The notes: a model not told the origin generated them from the sequence alone. 44,270 nucleotides of DNA from Elusimicrobiota bacterium (GCA_027340875.1 DAIENX010000045.1:1-44270), one strand, 5' to 3'. Positions 9,780-19,243 are shown, counted from the first letter of the stretch. Translations and numbers: made by a program.

Positions 9780-9863
9780 AGCGGAACGTTCTGCCTGCGT
9801 TATATTTAACTTATTCCTGTTTGCCTAAATATTACAGGATTGTTACAAATTTGGCACGCCGGC

Positions 9864-12464
9864 TCAGCGCAGGGCCTCGAGCCTGGCCCTGACCGCCGCG
9901 TTGCCGGGCTCGAAGCGGAGGAACTCCTCCCAGGCCCCCCTCGCGAGAGCGCGGTCCCCCTCTTTCTCGTAGATGACGGCCAGGCCATAACGGGCCTGGT
10001 TGTCGGAATCCCTCTCCCTGAGGAGGGACAACAGGGAGGCCTTGGCCTCGGCCAGACGCCCGGCCTTGAAATAGAGCTTGGCCCTGAGCATCCTGGCCGG
10101 GCGGGAAGACGGCTGAGCCGAGACCATCGCGTCCGCGGAGGCGAGGTCGGCCCCGGAAGGGACGGCGGACGCCGAGACCTTGTCCAGCCGCTGGTATTCC
10201 GCCATCCAGCGGATAGCCGGGTCGTCCTTAAGCGCGAGCTGCCGGGAAACGCCGAGGAGATTCTCGGCCAGCACCCTGTCCCCGGGCGCGGCCGTCAGGC
10301 CGCGGAAGTAATCGTCATGGGCGGCGCGGTAGTCCCGCAGCAGCGTATGGAAATAGCCCAGCGTATTCCACATGGACGGATCTTCGGGGAAGACGGTCAC
10401 GACTTCGCTGAAATCCTTCACCGCGGCTGCCGCGGCCGCGGCCTTGTCCGGCATCGCGACGTACAGCTCCGCCATGGCCTGCCAGGCGGTCAGATTAAGG
10501 GGATTTATCGCCGACGCCACCTGCAGGTAGTCCAAGGCCTCCCGCTGCCGGCCGAGCCTCTTGAGCACGATGGCGAGATTGAAGTAGATCTCGTCGTAGC
10601 CCGCGTTGGATTTCAGGGCTTCGCCGTAGGCCCAGACGCCCTTCTCCAGATCGCCGGCGCGCACGTAGGCGTTGGCGAACTCGTAGTCGGCGTTGACGTC
10701 GCGTGGCTGCGCCTGCCAGGCGGAACGCAGGGCCTCGACCGCCGCAGGCACGGCGTTCGCGCGCATCGCGCGGAACCCCTTGAAGTAGAAATATTCCCTG
10801 GTGAACTGGCGCTCCCAGGACCAGGCGCCGGCGGCGCAGAGGGCGATCAGCGCCCAGGCCGCCGCGGCGGCGGCGCGCGGGCGCTTCCATTCGGGGAAGG
10901 CGGCCGCGCCCGTAGTTCTCAGCGCCAGCGCTCCGGCCACCCACCAGAAGGCCGCCGCGGGCACGGCGAAGTGCAGCGAGACGTTCAGCATGTTGTCGGC
11001 GAGCGCGCCGGCGAGGCCCGCGGCCAGCGGGACCGCGGAGTAGCGGGCCTCCTCCGGAGAGGACCGGTAATACCGCAGGAAGCCGGCGAAGAGCGCGGCC
11101 AGGAACCAGACGTATATCCCCAGACCTATCAGCCCGGACTGGGAGAACTGCTCCAGCACCTCGTTATGGGCGTTGTTGGCGTGCGTGCGCAGATTGCGTA
11201 TCACCGGGTAGTTGACCAGCAGGCGCCCCTGGAAGAACGGGTAGAAGAGCTCGAACTGGCCCCAGCCGTTGCCCAGCAGCGGGTTCTGCAGTCCCATCTG
11301 CCAGGCGCTGGACCAGATCAGGAGGCGCTGGTGGAAGGAGGAATAGATGCGGCCGTTATCGCCGGAGAGGCTCACCGCGGCCGGGGTGCCTATGCCGGAG
11401 GCGGCCTCGCTGACGCGCTCGGCCAGGCCGGAGCTGAGCGGCTTAAGATTGTCGGCGGGCCAGAAGAAGAGCAGCAGCAGGGCCGCGGCGAAGAACGGGT
11501 AGAGGAACTTCCGGTTGGCCCTGAGCTGGGCGCGGTGGGAGGCGAAGGCGAACAGGAAGGAGAAGGCCGCGGCCGCGCCTATCCACGACGAGCGCGTCAG
11601 GCTGGCCATCAGCATCCCCTCGTAGGACAGGAAGACCAGGCCGTAGTAGACGCGCTTGACCGTCGTATCCGCCTTCATCAGCAGCGAGGCGGCCAGCGGC
11701 ATGAAGATGACCACGTAGGTGGAGATGAAGTTGGGGTTGCCGAACGTAGAGACCGAGCGGTTGCCGTACGGGTTGAGCAGTTTGGCCCAGACCAGCTCCA
11801 GCCTGAAGTACTGCAGCATCCCGTAGAGCGAGGCTACGGCGCCCGCGGTCATCGCCAGGTGCAGGATGTCCTCCTGCCTGCAGCGCCTTATCAGCAGCCA
11901 CACCGCGGTAATTCCGGCGGTCCAGACCAGGAACCCGTACGGGTCGAAGAAATGGTCGAAGAACGTGTCCCCGCCGGGCGGTATCTTCAGCCACGGGAAC
12001 AGGAACCAGAGCAGGCCCCAGGCGGCGATGAAGCCCAGCCATTTCCCGGCCGGCACTTCCTCCTTCTGGGAGTACGGCAGCGCCAGCGCCAGGTAGAAGA
12101 CGGCGAGGCAGTTCGTCAGGAAGAACATGCCGGCTTTCAACCCCTCGGACTGCATGGCCGGGCGGAAGAAAGGCTGGTGGCCCGCCCAGGACCAGGCGAA
12201 GGAGACCAGGTATACCAGCGCCAGCGCGGCCAGCGGCTTAGAGAGATAGGTGGAGGGCAGCAGCCAGCGGCCGCGCTTCACGGAATAGAACAGGAAAAGC
12301 GCGGCGGCGCCCAGGAAGGACCAGTTGACCAGGGCGATCTGGAGGAAGTAGGGGTTGCGCGTCAGGCCGGTGAAGAAGAGTATCGGCGAGACAAGAAAGG
12401 CGGCCGTCAGCAGCAGCGCAAGGGGGCCTCGCGGCACCGGGAAGTTGTCTTGCTGGTCCGACAT
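9864..12464 (-). CDS. O-antigen ligase/O-oligosaccharyltransferase family (Wzy_C) membrane protein with C-terminal TPR domain
   Basis: Many TM helices; RSVSTFGNPN, TRSSWIG, RLLIW, NPLLGNGWGQF, NAHNEVLEQ; C-terminal TPR repeats. Confidence 0.85.
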   Translation of the reverse strand: MSDQQDNFPVPRGPLALLLTAAFLVSPILFFTGLTRNPYFLQIALVNWSFLGAAALFLFYSVKRGRWLLPSTYLSKPLAALALVYLVSFAWSWAGHQPFFRPAMQSEGLKAGMFFLTNCLAVFYLALALPYSQKEEVPAGKWLGFIAAWGLLWFLFPWLKIPPGGDTFFDHFFDPYGFLVWTAGITAVWLLIRRCRQEDILHLAMTAGAVASLYGMLQYFRLELVWAKLLNPYGNRSVSTFGNPNFISTYVVIFMPLAASLLMKADTTVKRVYYGLVFLSYEGMLMASLTRSSWIGAAAAFSFLFAFASHRAQLRANRKFLYPFFAAALLLLFFWPADNLKPLSSGLAERVSEAASGIGTPAAVSLSGDNGRIYSSFHQRLLIWSSAWQMGLQNPLLGNGWGQFELFYPFFQGRLLVNYPVIRNLRTHANNAHNEVLEQFSQSGLIGLGIYVWFLAALFAGFLRYYRSSPEEARYSAVPLAAGLAGALADNMLNVSLHFAVPAAAFWWVAGALALRTTGAAAFPEWKRPRAAAAAAWALIALCAAGAWSWERQFTREYFYFKGFRAMRANAVPAAVEALRSAWQAQPRDVNADYEFANAYVRAGDLEKGVWAYGEALKSNAGYDEIYFNLAIVLKRLGRQREALDYLQVASAINPLNLTAWQAMAELYVAMPDKAAAAAAAVKDFSEVVTVFPEDPSMWNTLGYFHTLLRDYRAAHDDYFRGLTAAPGDRVLAENLLGVSRQLALKDDPAIRWMAEYQRLDKVSASAVPSGADLASADAMVSAQPSSRPARMLRAKLYFKAGRLAEAKASLLSLLRERDSDNQARYGLAVIYEKEGDRALARGAWEEFLRFEPGNAAVRARLEALR

Positions 12465-12477
12465 CTTAATGCGCGGG

Positions 12478-14904
12478 CTAGCGGGCCTTGCCGGGCTCTA
12501 CGCCCGTTATCCGCACCCCGGCGGCCGACGGCATGCGGCTGCGTATGACGGCCAGGTTGTTCAGGGCCTGCTGATAGCCGGGGTCCAGCTCCAGGGCCTT
12601 CGTATAGCTCTCTGCCGCCTCCCGGAACTTGCCCAGCGCGTACTGCACGTTCCCCAGCAAAGTGTAGCCTTCCGGCGAGCCGTGATTGTGGTCCTTCTGG
12701 TAGCATTTCCAGGCCGTCACGTTGTGCAGGTACTCCTCCTCGGCGGACTTCAGGTCGTGACGGATCACGTAGATCTGGGCCTTGCGGTAATAGTTGGGCG
12801 CGTAGACCGGGTCCAGGTTCTCGTAAAGGTTGTAGCGGGCCAGCGCCTTGTCCAGGAACTGCGCGGCCTCCTGGGGCTTGCCCTGGCGCATATCGTAGTC
12901 GTACATCTTCAGGTAGAGGTTGCCGACCTGATGATGCATCTGCACGTAGTTGGGCGCTATGCTGCGCACGTACTCGTACGCCTCCATCGCCCTGTCGTAG
13001 TCAGTGCGGGGCACATCGTTGGTGTCCCCCCACTCCGGGTGGTACGACTTCTCCATGTTGAACCTGTCGTTGAAGACGTTGCCGGTGAAGTAGTACGGCA
13101 TGATGAAGAACTTGTTGAGCTTGTTCACCTTGTGGTAATAGGAGATCGCGTCCTCCCACTTCCCCTGCTTGGAGAAGAAGATGGCCATGTTGTGGTAGAC
13201 GTCGCCCTTGAACCAGCCCCAGAAATAGTACAGCGGCAGCAGCGTCAGCAGTATCACCACCGGTACCGCGGCGGAAACGCCCTTCAGCGCCACCCCGGCG
13301 AAGGAGTACACCGCGTACCCGACGCAGGCCAGCATCAGCAGCCAGGAGATGCGCCACTGCAGTATCTCCCCTGGCGCGATGTAGTTGCGCAGCGGTCCCT
13401 GGATGCCGGCGAACTCATAAAGGACGATATAGGCGGCGTACAGCACGCCCGCGACGGCGGCGGCCCTGAGCACCCAGACAGCCCACATGTAGACCCCGCC
13501 GTGCTCCGGCTTCTCCTCCGGATGCGACAGGGAGGCGTGCGCCTCTTCCTTGTAATGCAGCTCCCAGAGGGCGTGCCCCCGGGCCAGGTTGATGATGACG
13601 CCCGGCAGCAGTCCGAAGAAGATGCCGGAGGAAACGAAGCGCATGCTCACGTCGGTGAAATTGTGGGCCAGCATGCCCAGCAGAGCCGTCAGGTAACCGA
13701 GCAGGTCGTAGGCCACCGGGGGCGGCCGCGAGCCTTTGAGGTTATCCGTCAGGGAGGCGAGCCCCCTCAAGCCCACGGTGGTCACGAAGGCTATTATCCA
13801 GATGTAGAGGCCGAAACCGATCAGCCCGTTGTCCATCCACTGCTCCAGGTGCTCGTCCTCGGCGTGGTCGGTCTCGGTGTTATGCTTGCCCTCTATATGG
13901 AAAATGGCCGGCCTGCGGTAGGCCGGATAGATGATCTTGAAGCTGCCCACGCCTATGCCGGTCAGCGGGTGGGACTCCACCATCTCCCAGGTGGAAAGCC
14001 AGGTGTTGACCCGGAAGCTGTAGGAGAGCGCGTTGCCCAGCCTGTAGATGGTGAAGAAGGCCATGATGGGGATGATGGAGGCCAGCCCCAGAAAAGCCGC
14101 CTTGCTCATCTTCAGCTTCTCGCGCAGGAAGAAGTAGCCGTAGAACACGGAGAACAGGAAGGCCGAGATGCCGAAGCCGAGGAAAGCGCCCTTGGTCTGC
14201 GTGGCGTACAGGCAGATCAGGTCCATCACTATCAGCGGCAGCAGCAGCACCGAGCGGCGCTTCATGAACTGCGTGACGATGATAGGCAGGATAAGCACCA
14301 GGAAGTTGCCGAAGAAATTGGGGTTGCCGTAGGTGGAGAAGACGCGCGGCCCGAACGCCCAGCGCCAGACGAACGGGTCCAGGCCCGGCCCCATGTCCTT
14401 CGGCGGGAAGAACCTGGTGTCAAGGAACTGGACCATGCCGTAGCCGATGGCTATGTAGGCCGCGACGAGCAGCACGGTCGTGAGCCTGTCTATGGCCTTC
14501 GCCGTGAACTCCCGTATCACTATCAGCGTCACCGACATGTAGAGCAGGTAGCGCACGAAGTCGTCCACGCTGGGGCCCTTGTATGGCGCGCTTGCGAACG
14601 AGACCAGGATATAGGCGAGGTAGGCGAAGAACGGCGCCAGGAAGATGAAGTCCTCCTTCCGGAAGGCGCGCTTCCCCTCCAGCACCAGAAGAGAGACCCA
14701 CAGTCCCAGCAGGCCTATGCCGCCCATCTGCAGCAGCGTTATCTTGACCTGCGCGGAGTCGTAGGTGCGCAGGTAGAAGGTGTCCGAGATCAGCAGGTAA
14801 AGGATAGGCAGCCACCACCAGATGGCCTTTCTGGCGAAGCTGACCCCCGGAGCGAAACTTATGCCTTCGAACTCTGACTCTGGGAGGTTGTATTTTTTTG
14901 CCAT
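12478..14904 (-). CDS. Second O-antigen ligase/O-OTase family (Wzy_C) protein with TPR domain
   Basis: RVFSTYGNPNFFGNFL, TKGAFLG, RVNTW, HPLTGIGVGSF, HAEDEHLEQ; C-terminal TPRs (LGNVQYALGKFREAAESYTKALELDP). Confidence 0.85.
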   Translation of the reverse strand: MAKKYNLPESEFEGISFAPGVSFARKAIWWWLPILYLLISDTFYLRTYDSAQVKITLLQMGGIGLLGLWVSLLVLEGKRAFRKEDFIFLAPFFAYLAYILVSFASAPYKGPSVDDFVRYLLYMSVTLIVIREFTAKAIDRLTTVLLVAAYIAIGYGMVQFLDTRFFPPKDMGPGLDPFVWRWAFGPRVFSTYGNPNFFGNFLVLILPIIVTQFMKRRSVLLLPLIVMDLICLYATQTKGAFLGFGISAFLFSVFYGYFFLREKLKMSKAAFLGLASIIPIMAFFTIYRLGNALSYSFRVNTWLSTWEMVESHPLTGIGVGSFKIIYPAYRRPAIFHIEGKHNTETDHAEDEHLEQWMDNGLIGFGLYIWIIAFVTTVGLRGLASLTDNLKGSRPPPVAYDLLGYLTALLGMLAHNFTDVSMRFVSSGIFFGLLPGVIINLARGHALWELHYKEEAHASLSHPEEKPEHGGVYMWAVWVLRAAAVAGVLYAAYIVLYEFAGIQGPLRNYIAPGEILQWRISWLLMLACVGYAVYSFAGVALKGVSAAVPVVILLTLLPLYYFWGWFKGDVYHNMAIFFSKQGKWEDAISYYHKVNKLNKFFIMPYYFTGNVFNDRFNMEKSYHPEWGDTNDVPRTDYDRAMEAYEYVRSIAPNYVQMHHQVGNLYLKMYDYDMRQGKPQEAAQFLDKALARYNLYENLDPVYAPNYYRKAQIYVIRHDLKSAEEEYLHNVTAWKCYQKDHNHGSPEGYTLLGNVQYALGKFREAAESYTKALELDPGYQQALNNLAVIRSRMPSAAGVRITGVEPGKAR

Positions 14905-14959
14905 GATCGGGAGGTAGGAGGCGGAGTGATAAGGAACTTGCGACCGCGAAGAAATATTA

Positions 14960-15031
14960 AGCCGAGGATGGGACTTGAACCCACAACCTATCGCTTACGA
15001 AGCGAGTGCTCTACCGTTGAGCTACCTCGGC
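14960..15031 (-). tRNA. tRNA-Thr(CGT), CCA not encoded
   Basis: Reverse complement GCCGAGGTAGCTCAACGGTAGAGCACTCGCTTCGTAAGCGATAGGTTGTGGGTTCAAGTCCCATCCTCGGCT folds as a cloverleaf with anticodon CGT and T-loop TTCAAGT. Confidence 0.93.
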
Positions 15032-15307
15032 ACCGCATTAATTATAAATAATTTTACAGGGAAAGCAAAGCCGGGCGCACACAAGAAGCCGTGCCACATG
15101 GCAACGGCGGTCACGGCGCGGGCGGGGTTGGCGCGAGCGATTTGTGGGCGCAGGGACCGCAGGCGGAAGCGTACCGCCTATCATTAGGGCGGCGGCGAAG
15201 AATGTTCGAGGAGCGCACTGTGTGCGCTACGAGTTCTTCGCCGGCTGAAGCCGGAGGTCCCTCTTCCCCCGCGCCCGCGCATGAGCGAGCGCCGGGCCCG
15301 GCCGCGT

Positions 15308-15454
15308 CTACTTCCTTTGCACGCAGCCGGAGTCGGAATAGTCGCAGGGCGGCGACTCCTGCGCCTTCACCGCCACCTTCGACCTGAGCGCGGCGCAGCC
15401 TAATAGGAATATAAGGGCCGCCAGCGCGGGTCCGAAAAGCCTCATTTGTATCAT
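15308..15454 (-). CDS. Putative small lipoprotein (~48 aa)
   Basis: GGGGGAG RBS before ATG 15454 (alt. ATG 15445); hydrophobic signal with lipobox LLGC; C-terminal CDYSDSGC. Confidence 0.5.
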   Translation of the reverse strand: MIQMRLFGPALAALIFLLGCAALRSKVAVKAQESPPCDYSDSGCVQRK

Positions 15455-15552
15455 AACTCCCCCCACGGTGAGTATAGCAAAAACTGCCGGGCCCGGTGCC
15501 GCCATTTTTTGTATATTATCATGAGTCCGCATTTTCCGGTTCAGGAGCGCCC

Positions 15553-17091
15553 GTGACCACGACAACCTCATCGTCAGCGGCTATGGCAACAGAATCCCTC
15601 AGGGACATCCCGAGGATGCAGACCAATCCCCGCCGCTGGAACGGCGAGGGTTGGGCGGATTTCGTCTCCGCCTTGCGCGCGACTGGAGTGGAAGTGACCG
15701 AGAAGAAGCCGGTGCTCGCCGTCTATTCGGTGGACAGCGGCGGACTCGCCTGCGGCATGCCGCACGGCGTAGCGCTGGCTCGCACCTCGGAACAGGTGTC
15801 CGGGATACTGAAGGCCGCCCAGCGCTACCGCGTTCCCGTGACGACGCGCGGCGGCGGGCTGACCACCGAGGGCGAGACCGTAGCCTACGGCGGCCTGCTG
15901 CTGGACATGCGCGGCATGAGCAAGGTCCTTTCCATAGACCCCGCAAAGATGACCGTGCGCACCGAGGCCGGCATCTACTGGCATTCCCTGGCCGAGGCCC
16001 TGCGCCGCGAAGGCCTGGACTATCTCTCCGCTCCCCTCAACATGACCTCGTCCGTCGGCGGCACGCTGCAGGTCGGCGGCATAGACATCAATTCCCCCCG
16101 CCTCGGCTGCAGCGCGGACCAGGCCGTCCGGCTTAAAGTTGTCACCCCCACCGGCGAGATAAAGGAATGTTCGGAAGACCTGAACCCCGAGCTGTTCGAG
16201 CGCGTCCTGCTGGGCTACGGGCAATTCGGCGTGATAACAGAGGCGGAGCTGAAGGTCCGCAGGTTCGCTCCCATCACGATGCACTACCTCTACTACAGCT
16301 CGCTGACGCTCGCGATGGAAGACCTGAAGATGCTGATAAAGGCGGACGCCGCCGACTACTGCGGCATCCTGACCATAATGGACAAGGCCATCAACCTGCT
16401 GGTAGCCTTCGACTCCGACGAACGCGAGAAGTCATTTCTCAGCGCCTGGCGCGCCAGGATGCGCGGCCACGGAGAAGCGGGGTTCGCTCTGCGCATGGCC
16501 GCTCACTACGCCCTGCGCCCCTGGAAATTCCGCGAAGCGCTCTATCTGCTGGACCGCAAGAACACCATGCAGCCGGAGTTCTTCCCCTCCCACCACATGG
16601 AGAAGGGCAAGATCGTGGACCGCACCGTGGTCTTCAGTAACGCCGTCTGGAAGTTCTGGGGCGGAAAAAAAATGGTCATCCCGGACCTGGCCACCAGCGA
16701 AGGGAAGTTCGTGGAGGCCATACTGCGCGGCAATGCCGTCTGCAAGAAATATTTCGACCACTACACGCTGTACTGCGTGGGCATAAAGCTGCGCGGCCGG
16801 CTTCCGCGCTACGAGATGTCCTGCGTGCCGCCCGACGCCGAGGGCTACGCCTACGGCTGCGAGTTCGAGCCGATGCTCGAGGGAAAGGAGTACAGCCGCG
16901 ACTACCTGCAGAACTTCAAGAACGAGATCTACGACATCGGCGCAGACATGAAGACGAGCTACTACCGCTTCGGCGGGGTGATGAAGGGCTATATCCGCCG
17001 CGTCTTCGGGGACGAGGTGGTGGACCGGCACCTGGCGATGAAGCGCGAGGCCGACCCGGCCATGATACTCAACCCCGACGTGATATTCTGA
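15553..17091 (+). CDS. FAD-binding oxidoreductase, VAO/PCMH family (cytokinin-dehydrogenase-like FAD domain)
   Basis: AGGAG RBS before in-frame GTG 15553; VPVTTRGGGLT, SVGGTLQVGGI, VVTPTGEIKECS...NPELF...GYGQFGVIT, C-terminal KREADPAMILNP. Confidence 0.85.
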   Translation: MTTTTSSSAAMATESLRDIPRMQTNPRRWNGEGWADFVSALRATGVEVTEKKPVLAVYSVDSGGLACGMPHGVALARTSEQVSGILKAAQRYRVPVTTRGGGLTTEGETVAYGGLLLDMRGMSKVLSIDPAKMTVRTEAGIYWHSLAEALRREGLDYLSAPLNMTSSVGGTLQVGGIDINSPRLGCSADQAVRLKVVTPTGEIKECSEDLNPELFERVLLGYGQFGVITEAELKVRRFAPITMHYLYYSSLTLAMEDLKMLIKADAADYCGILTIMDKAINLLVAFDSDEREKSFLSAWRARMRGHGEAGFALRMAAHYALRPWKFREALYLLDRKNTMQPEFFPSHHMEKGKIVDRTVVFSNAVWKFWGGKKMVIPDLATSEGKFVEAILRGNAVCKKYFDHYTLYCVGIKLRGRLPRYEMSCVPPDAEGYAYGCEFEPMLEGKEYSRDYLQNFKNEIYDIGADMKTSYYRFGGVMKGYIRRVFGDEVVDRHLAMKREADPAMILNPDVIF

Positions 17092-17093
17092 CC

Positions 17094-18032
17094 ATGAAAA
17101 AGAACAAGAAGAACGGACACGAGAGTTGCACCGGCTGCGCGGTCTGCGTCCTGTCCTGCCCCGTCTGGGCTCAGACGCACGACCTGATGATGACCAACGC
17201 CGGGCGGGCCAAGGCGCTCCAGGCCGGCGCTACGCCCCAGGACATACGCGAGTCGCTGGAGGCCTGCCTGCTCTGCGGCTCCTGCGCCCCGGTCTGCCCT
17301 TCGGGCGTGGACACGCTGACCCTGACCGCCTCGCTGAGGGCCGGGCTAGGCCGCAAGGCTGCGCAGACTGCGCCCAAAGGCTCCCCGTTCACGGCCTCCG
17401 GACGCAAGCTTTTCCTCCCCGGCTCCGCGCTGCGCTCCGAGGCGCAATTGCTGGCCAAGGCAGGCTCCGCCTTGGGGAAGACAGGTTTCACCGTGTCGCC
17501 TGACGATTCCCTCTCGGCCCTCGGGGCCGATATAGACGCCGGCCTGACGCCCTCCCGGGAGGCGGTGGCCGCGGCCCTGGCGTCGGCCGCCGGCGCGGCC
17601 GCTTTCGTAGCCGGCGAGGGCTTCTTGCTGCGCTATCTGCGCGCCTGGTTCCCCGGCGTAAAAGCCGTCGGCATCGGCGAGGCCGTGCTTTCCGCGGGGG
17701 GCCGCAAGGTCCTTAAGCCCGGAGACTTCTACGTGGTGGACGCCCGCGCCTTCAATTCCGACCAGGCCCGCCTGGTCAAGTTCTACGACTCCATCCGAAA
17801 AAGCTCCGGCTGCGCTATGAGCACCACGCTGCAGCGCGCGGCCATGCCTGCCGGGCCCACCCGGGCGCAGAAGAGCCGCCTGGCGGGGAACTTCGACGAC
17901 GCCTCCCAGGCCCGCTGGCTGCTTGGGAAGGCCGGCTCGCCCGCGCGGGTAGTGGCCGAATCCGCGGAGGACATGGACGCGCTGCGCGCCGCTGGGGCGC
18001 CTTCCGTCATCCACGTCTCGGAGCTCCTGTGA
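17094..18032 (+). CDS. 2x[4Fe-4S] dicluster protein, GlcF-like, with degenerate C-terminal CCG-like region
   Basis: CTGCAVCVLSCP and CLLCGSCAPVCP motifs with 'AGR' spacer; 'LFLPGS' where CCG domains have FPGC; ends 'HVSELL'. Confidence 0.8.
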   Translation: MKKNKKNGHESCTGCAVCVLSCPVWAQTHDLMMTNAGRAKALQAGATPQDIRESLEACLLCGSCAPVCPSGVDTLTLTASLRAGLGRKAAQTAPKGSPFTASGRKLFLPGSALRSEAQLLAKAGSALGKTGFTVSPDDSLSALGADIDAGLTPSREAVAAALASAAGAAAFVAGEGFLLRYLRAWFPGVKAVGIGEAVLSAGGRKVLKPGDFYVVDARAFNSDQARLVKFYDSIRKSSGCAMSTTLQRAAMPAGPTRAQKSRLAGNFDDASQARWLLGKAGSPARVVAESAEDMDALRAAGAPSVIHVSELL

Positions 18033-19243
18033 GGACAGTAAAGGCGGACGCCATTGTGGTAGGCTCCGGCCCCTCCGGTGCCGCCGCGGCCAAACGCCTC
18101 ACCGACGCCGGCTACGAGGCCGTGATCCTGGAGCGCCTGGCCCTGCCGCGCCACAAGCCCTGCAGCGGCATAGTCTCCCCCCGCGGGCACCGCTTCCTGA
18201 TAGAGAACTTCGGACCGCTGCCGGACGAGACGATGCACGCTCCCCAGTACTGCCGCGGGGTTATCTTCCATTTCCCCGCCGCCCCGTCGCTGCCGATGGA
18301 ATTCGACGGCGGCCCCACGCCGCACCTGTACCGCAAGTTCTGCGACAACTGGATGGCCCGCCGCAGCGGCGCCGCGATACACGCCGGCACGGAGTTCACC
18401 GGGCTGACCGACGACGGGAAGAAGGTGACGGTCTCCGCCAAACGGAACGGCGAGGAGCTCCGCTACGAGGCCCGCTGCGTGATAGGCGCGGACGGCCCGC
18501 GCATGGCCGTGGTCAAGGCGCTCTACCCGGGCTACGCGCAGAGCATACCCTGGTTCGTGGTCGGGCAGAAGTTCCACGAGATAAAGTCCTGTCCGCTGGA
18601 CCAGGACTACTTCCATTTCTGGTTCCACCCGGAGCTGGGGCACTATACCTGGAGCCACGCGCGCGACGGGCGGCAGATAGTAGGCGTCGGCTTCAAGAGC
18701 GGGGACGCCTTCGACCCGCGCCACGAGCGGGTCACGAGCTATCTCCGCGACCGCCACGGCGTGGAGCTGGGCCCCGGCGAGGATACCGAGATCGTCACGG
18801 CCAACTTCGGTCCCTCGCTCATCAACCGCTACGTCTTCGGCAAAGGGAACGCGCTTGTCACCGGCCAGGCGGCCGGCTTCTTCAACATGATAGCCGAGGG
18901 CATGAGCTGCGCGCTGCACTCGGGAGCTATCGCCGGGGAGGCGGCGGCGGAATCCTTCCGCAGAGGCGCCGACATACAGTCGCTTTACCGCAGCATGATA
19001 CAGTCCGAGGTGCGCCGCTGCTCGGACCAGGGGAACCCGCTGAAGATAGTCTACGGCAGGCCGCACGAGGCGGATTTCCGCGGCGCGCTGAAGAAAAAAA
19101 CGCCCGCCGAGAGGCGGGCGATAGTGAGGGACATCTTCTCCTTCCTGCGGCTGTACGCGCCGCTGGGCTGGGGCTGGCAGATGCTCCGGCAGGCGCTATC
19201 GCGGGCCGTCACCGGCCGCTATTCCCCCTCCAGGTGGCTCTGA
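18029..19243 (+). CDS. Geranylgeranyl reductase-family FAD-dependent oxidoreductase
   Basis: VVGSGPSG, PRHKPCSG, VIGADG, GQAAG, AEGMSCALHSG; GTGA overlap with the upstream gene. Confidence 0.85.
   Translation: MRTVKADAIVVGSGPSGAAAAKRLTDAGYEAVILERLALPRHKPCSGIVSPRGHRFLIENFGPLPDETMHAPQYCRGVIFHFPAAPSLPMEFDGGPTPHLYRKFCDNWMARRSGAAIHAGTEFTGLTDDGKKVTVSAKRNGEELRYEARCVIGADGPRMAVVKALYPGYAQSIPWFVVGQKFHEIKSCPLDQDYFHFWFHPELGHYTWSHARDGRQIVGVGFKSGDAFDPRHERVTSYLRDRHGVELGPGEDTEIVTANFGPSLINRYVFGKGNALVTGQAAGFFNMIAEGMSCALHSGAIAGEAAAESFRRGADIQSLYRSMIQSEVRRCSDQGNPLKIVYGRPHEADFRGALKKKTPAERRAIVRDIFSFLRLYAPLGWGWQMLRQALSRAVTGRYSPSRWL

Noticed and set aside
9840..14877. Very long plus-strand ORFs (902 aa and 840 aa)
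   Set aside because: Antisense shadows of the two OTase genes produced by GC-rich codon bias; no motifs, and the minus-strand proteins are clearly real.
14905..15307. tRNA-Thr as a possible island integration site; SD-like gggaggtaggagg on the plus strand at ~14909-14921
   Set aside because: No integrase, no duplicated tRNA 3' end found and no obvious compositional shift. The plus-strand reading frame would be antisense to the tRNA.
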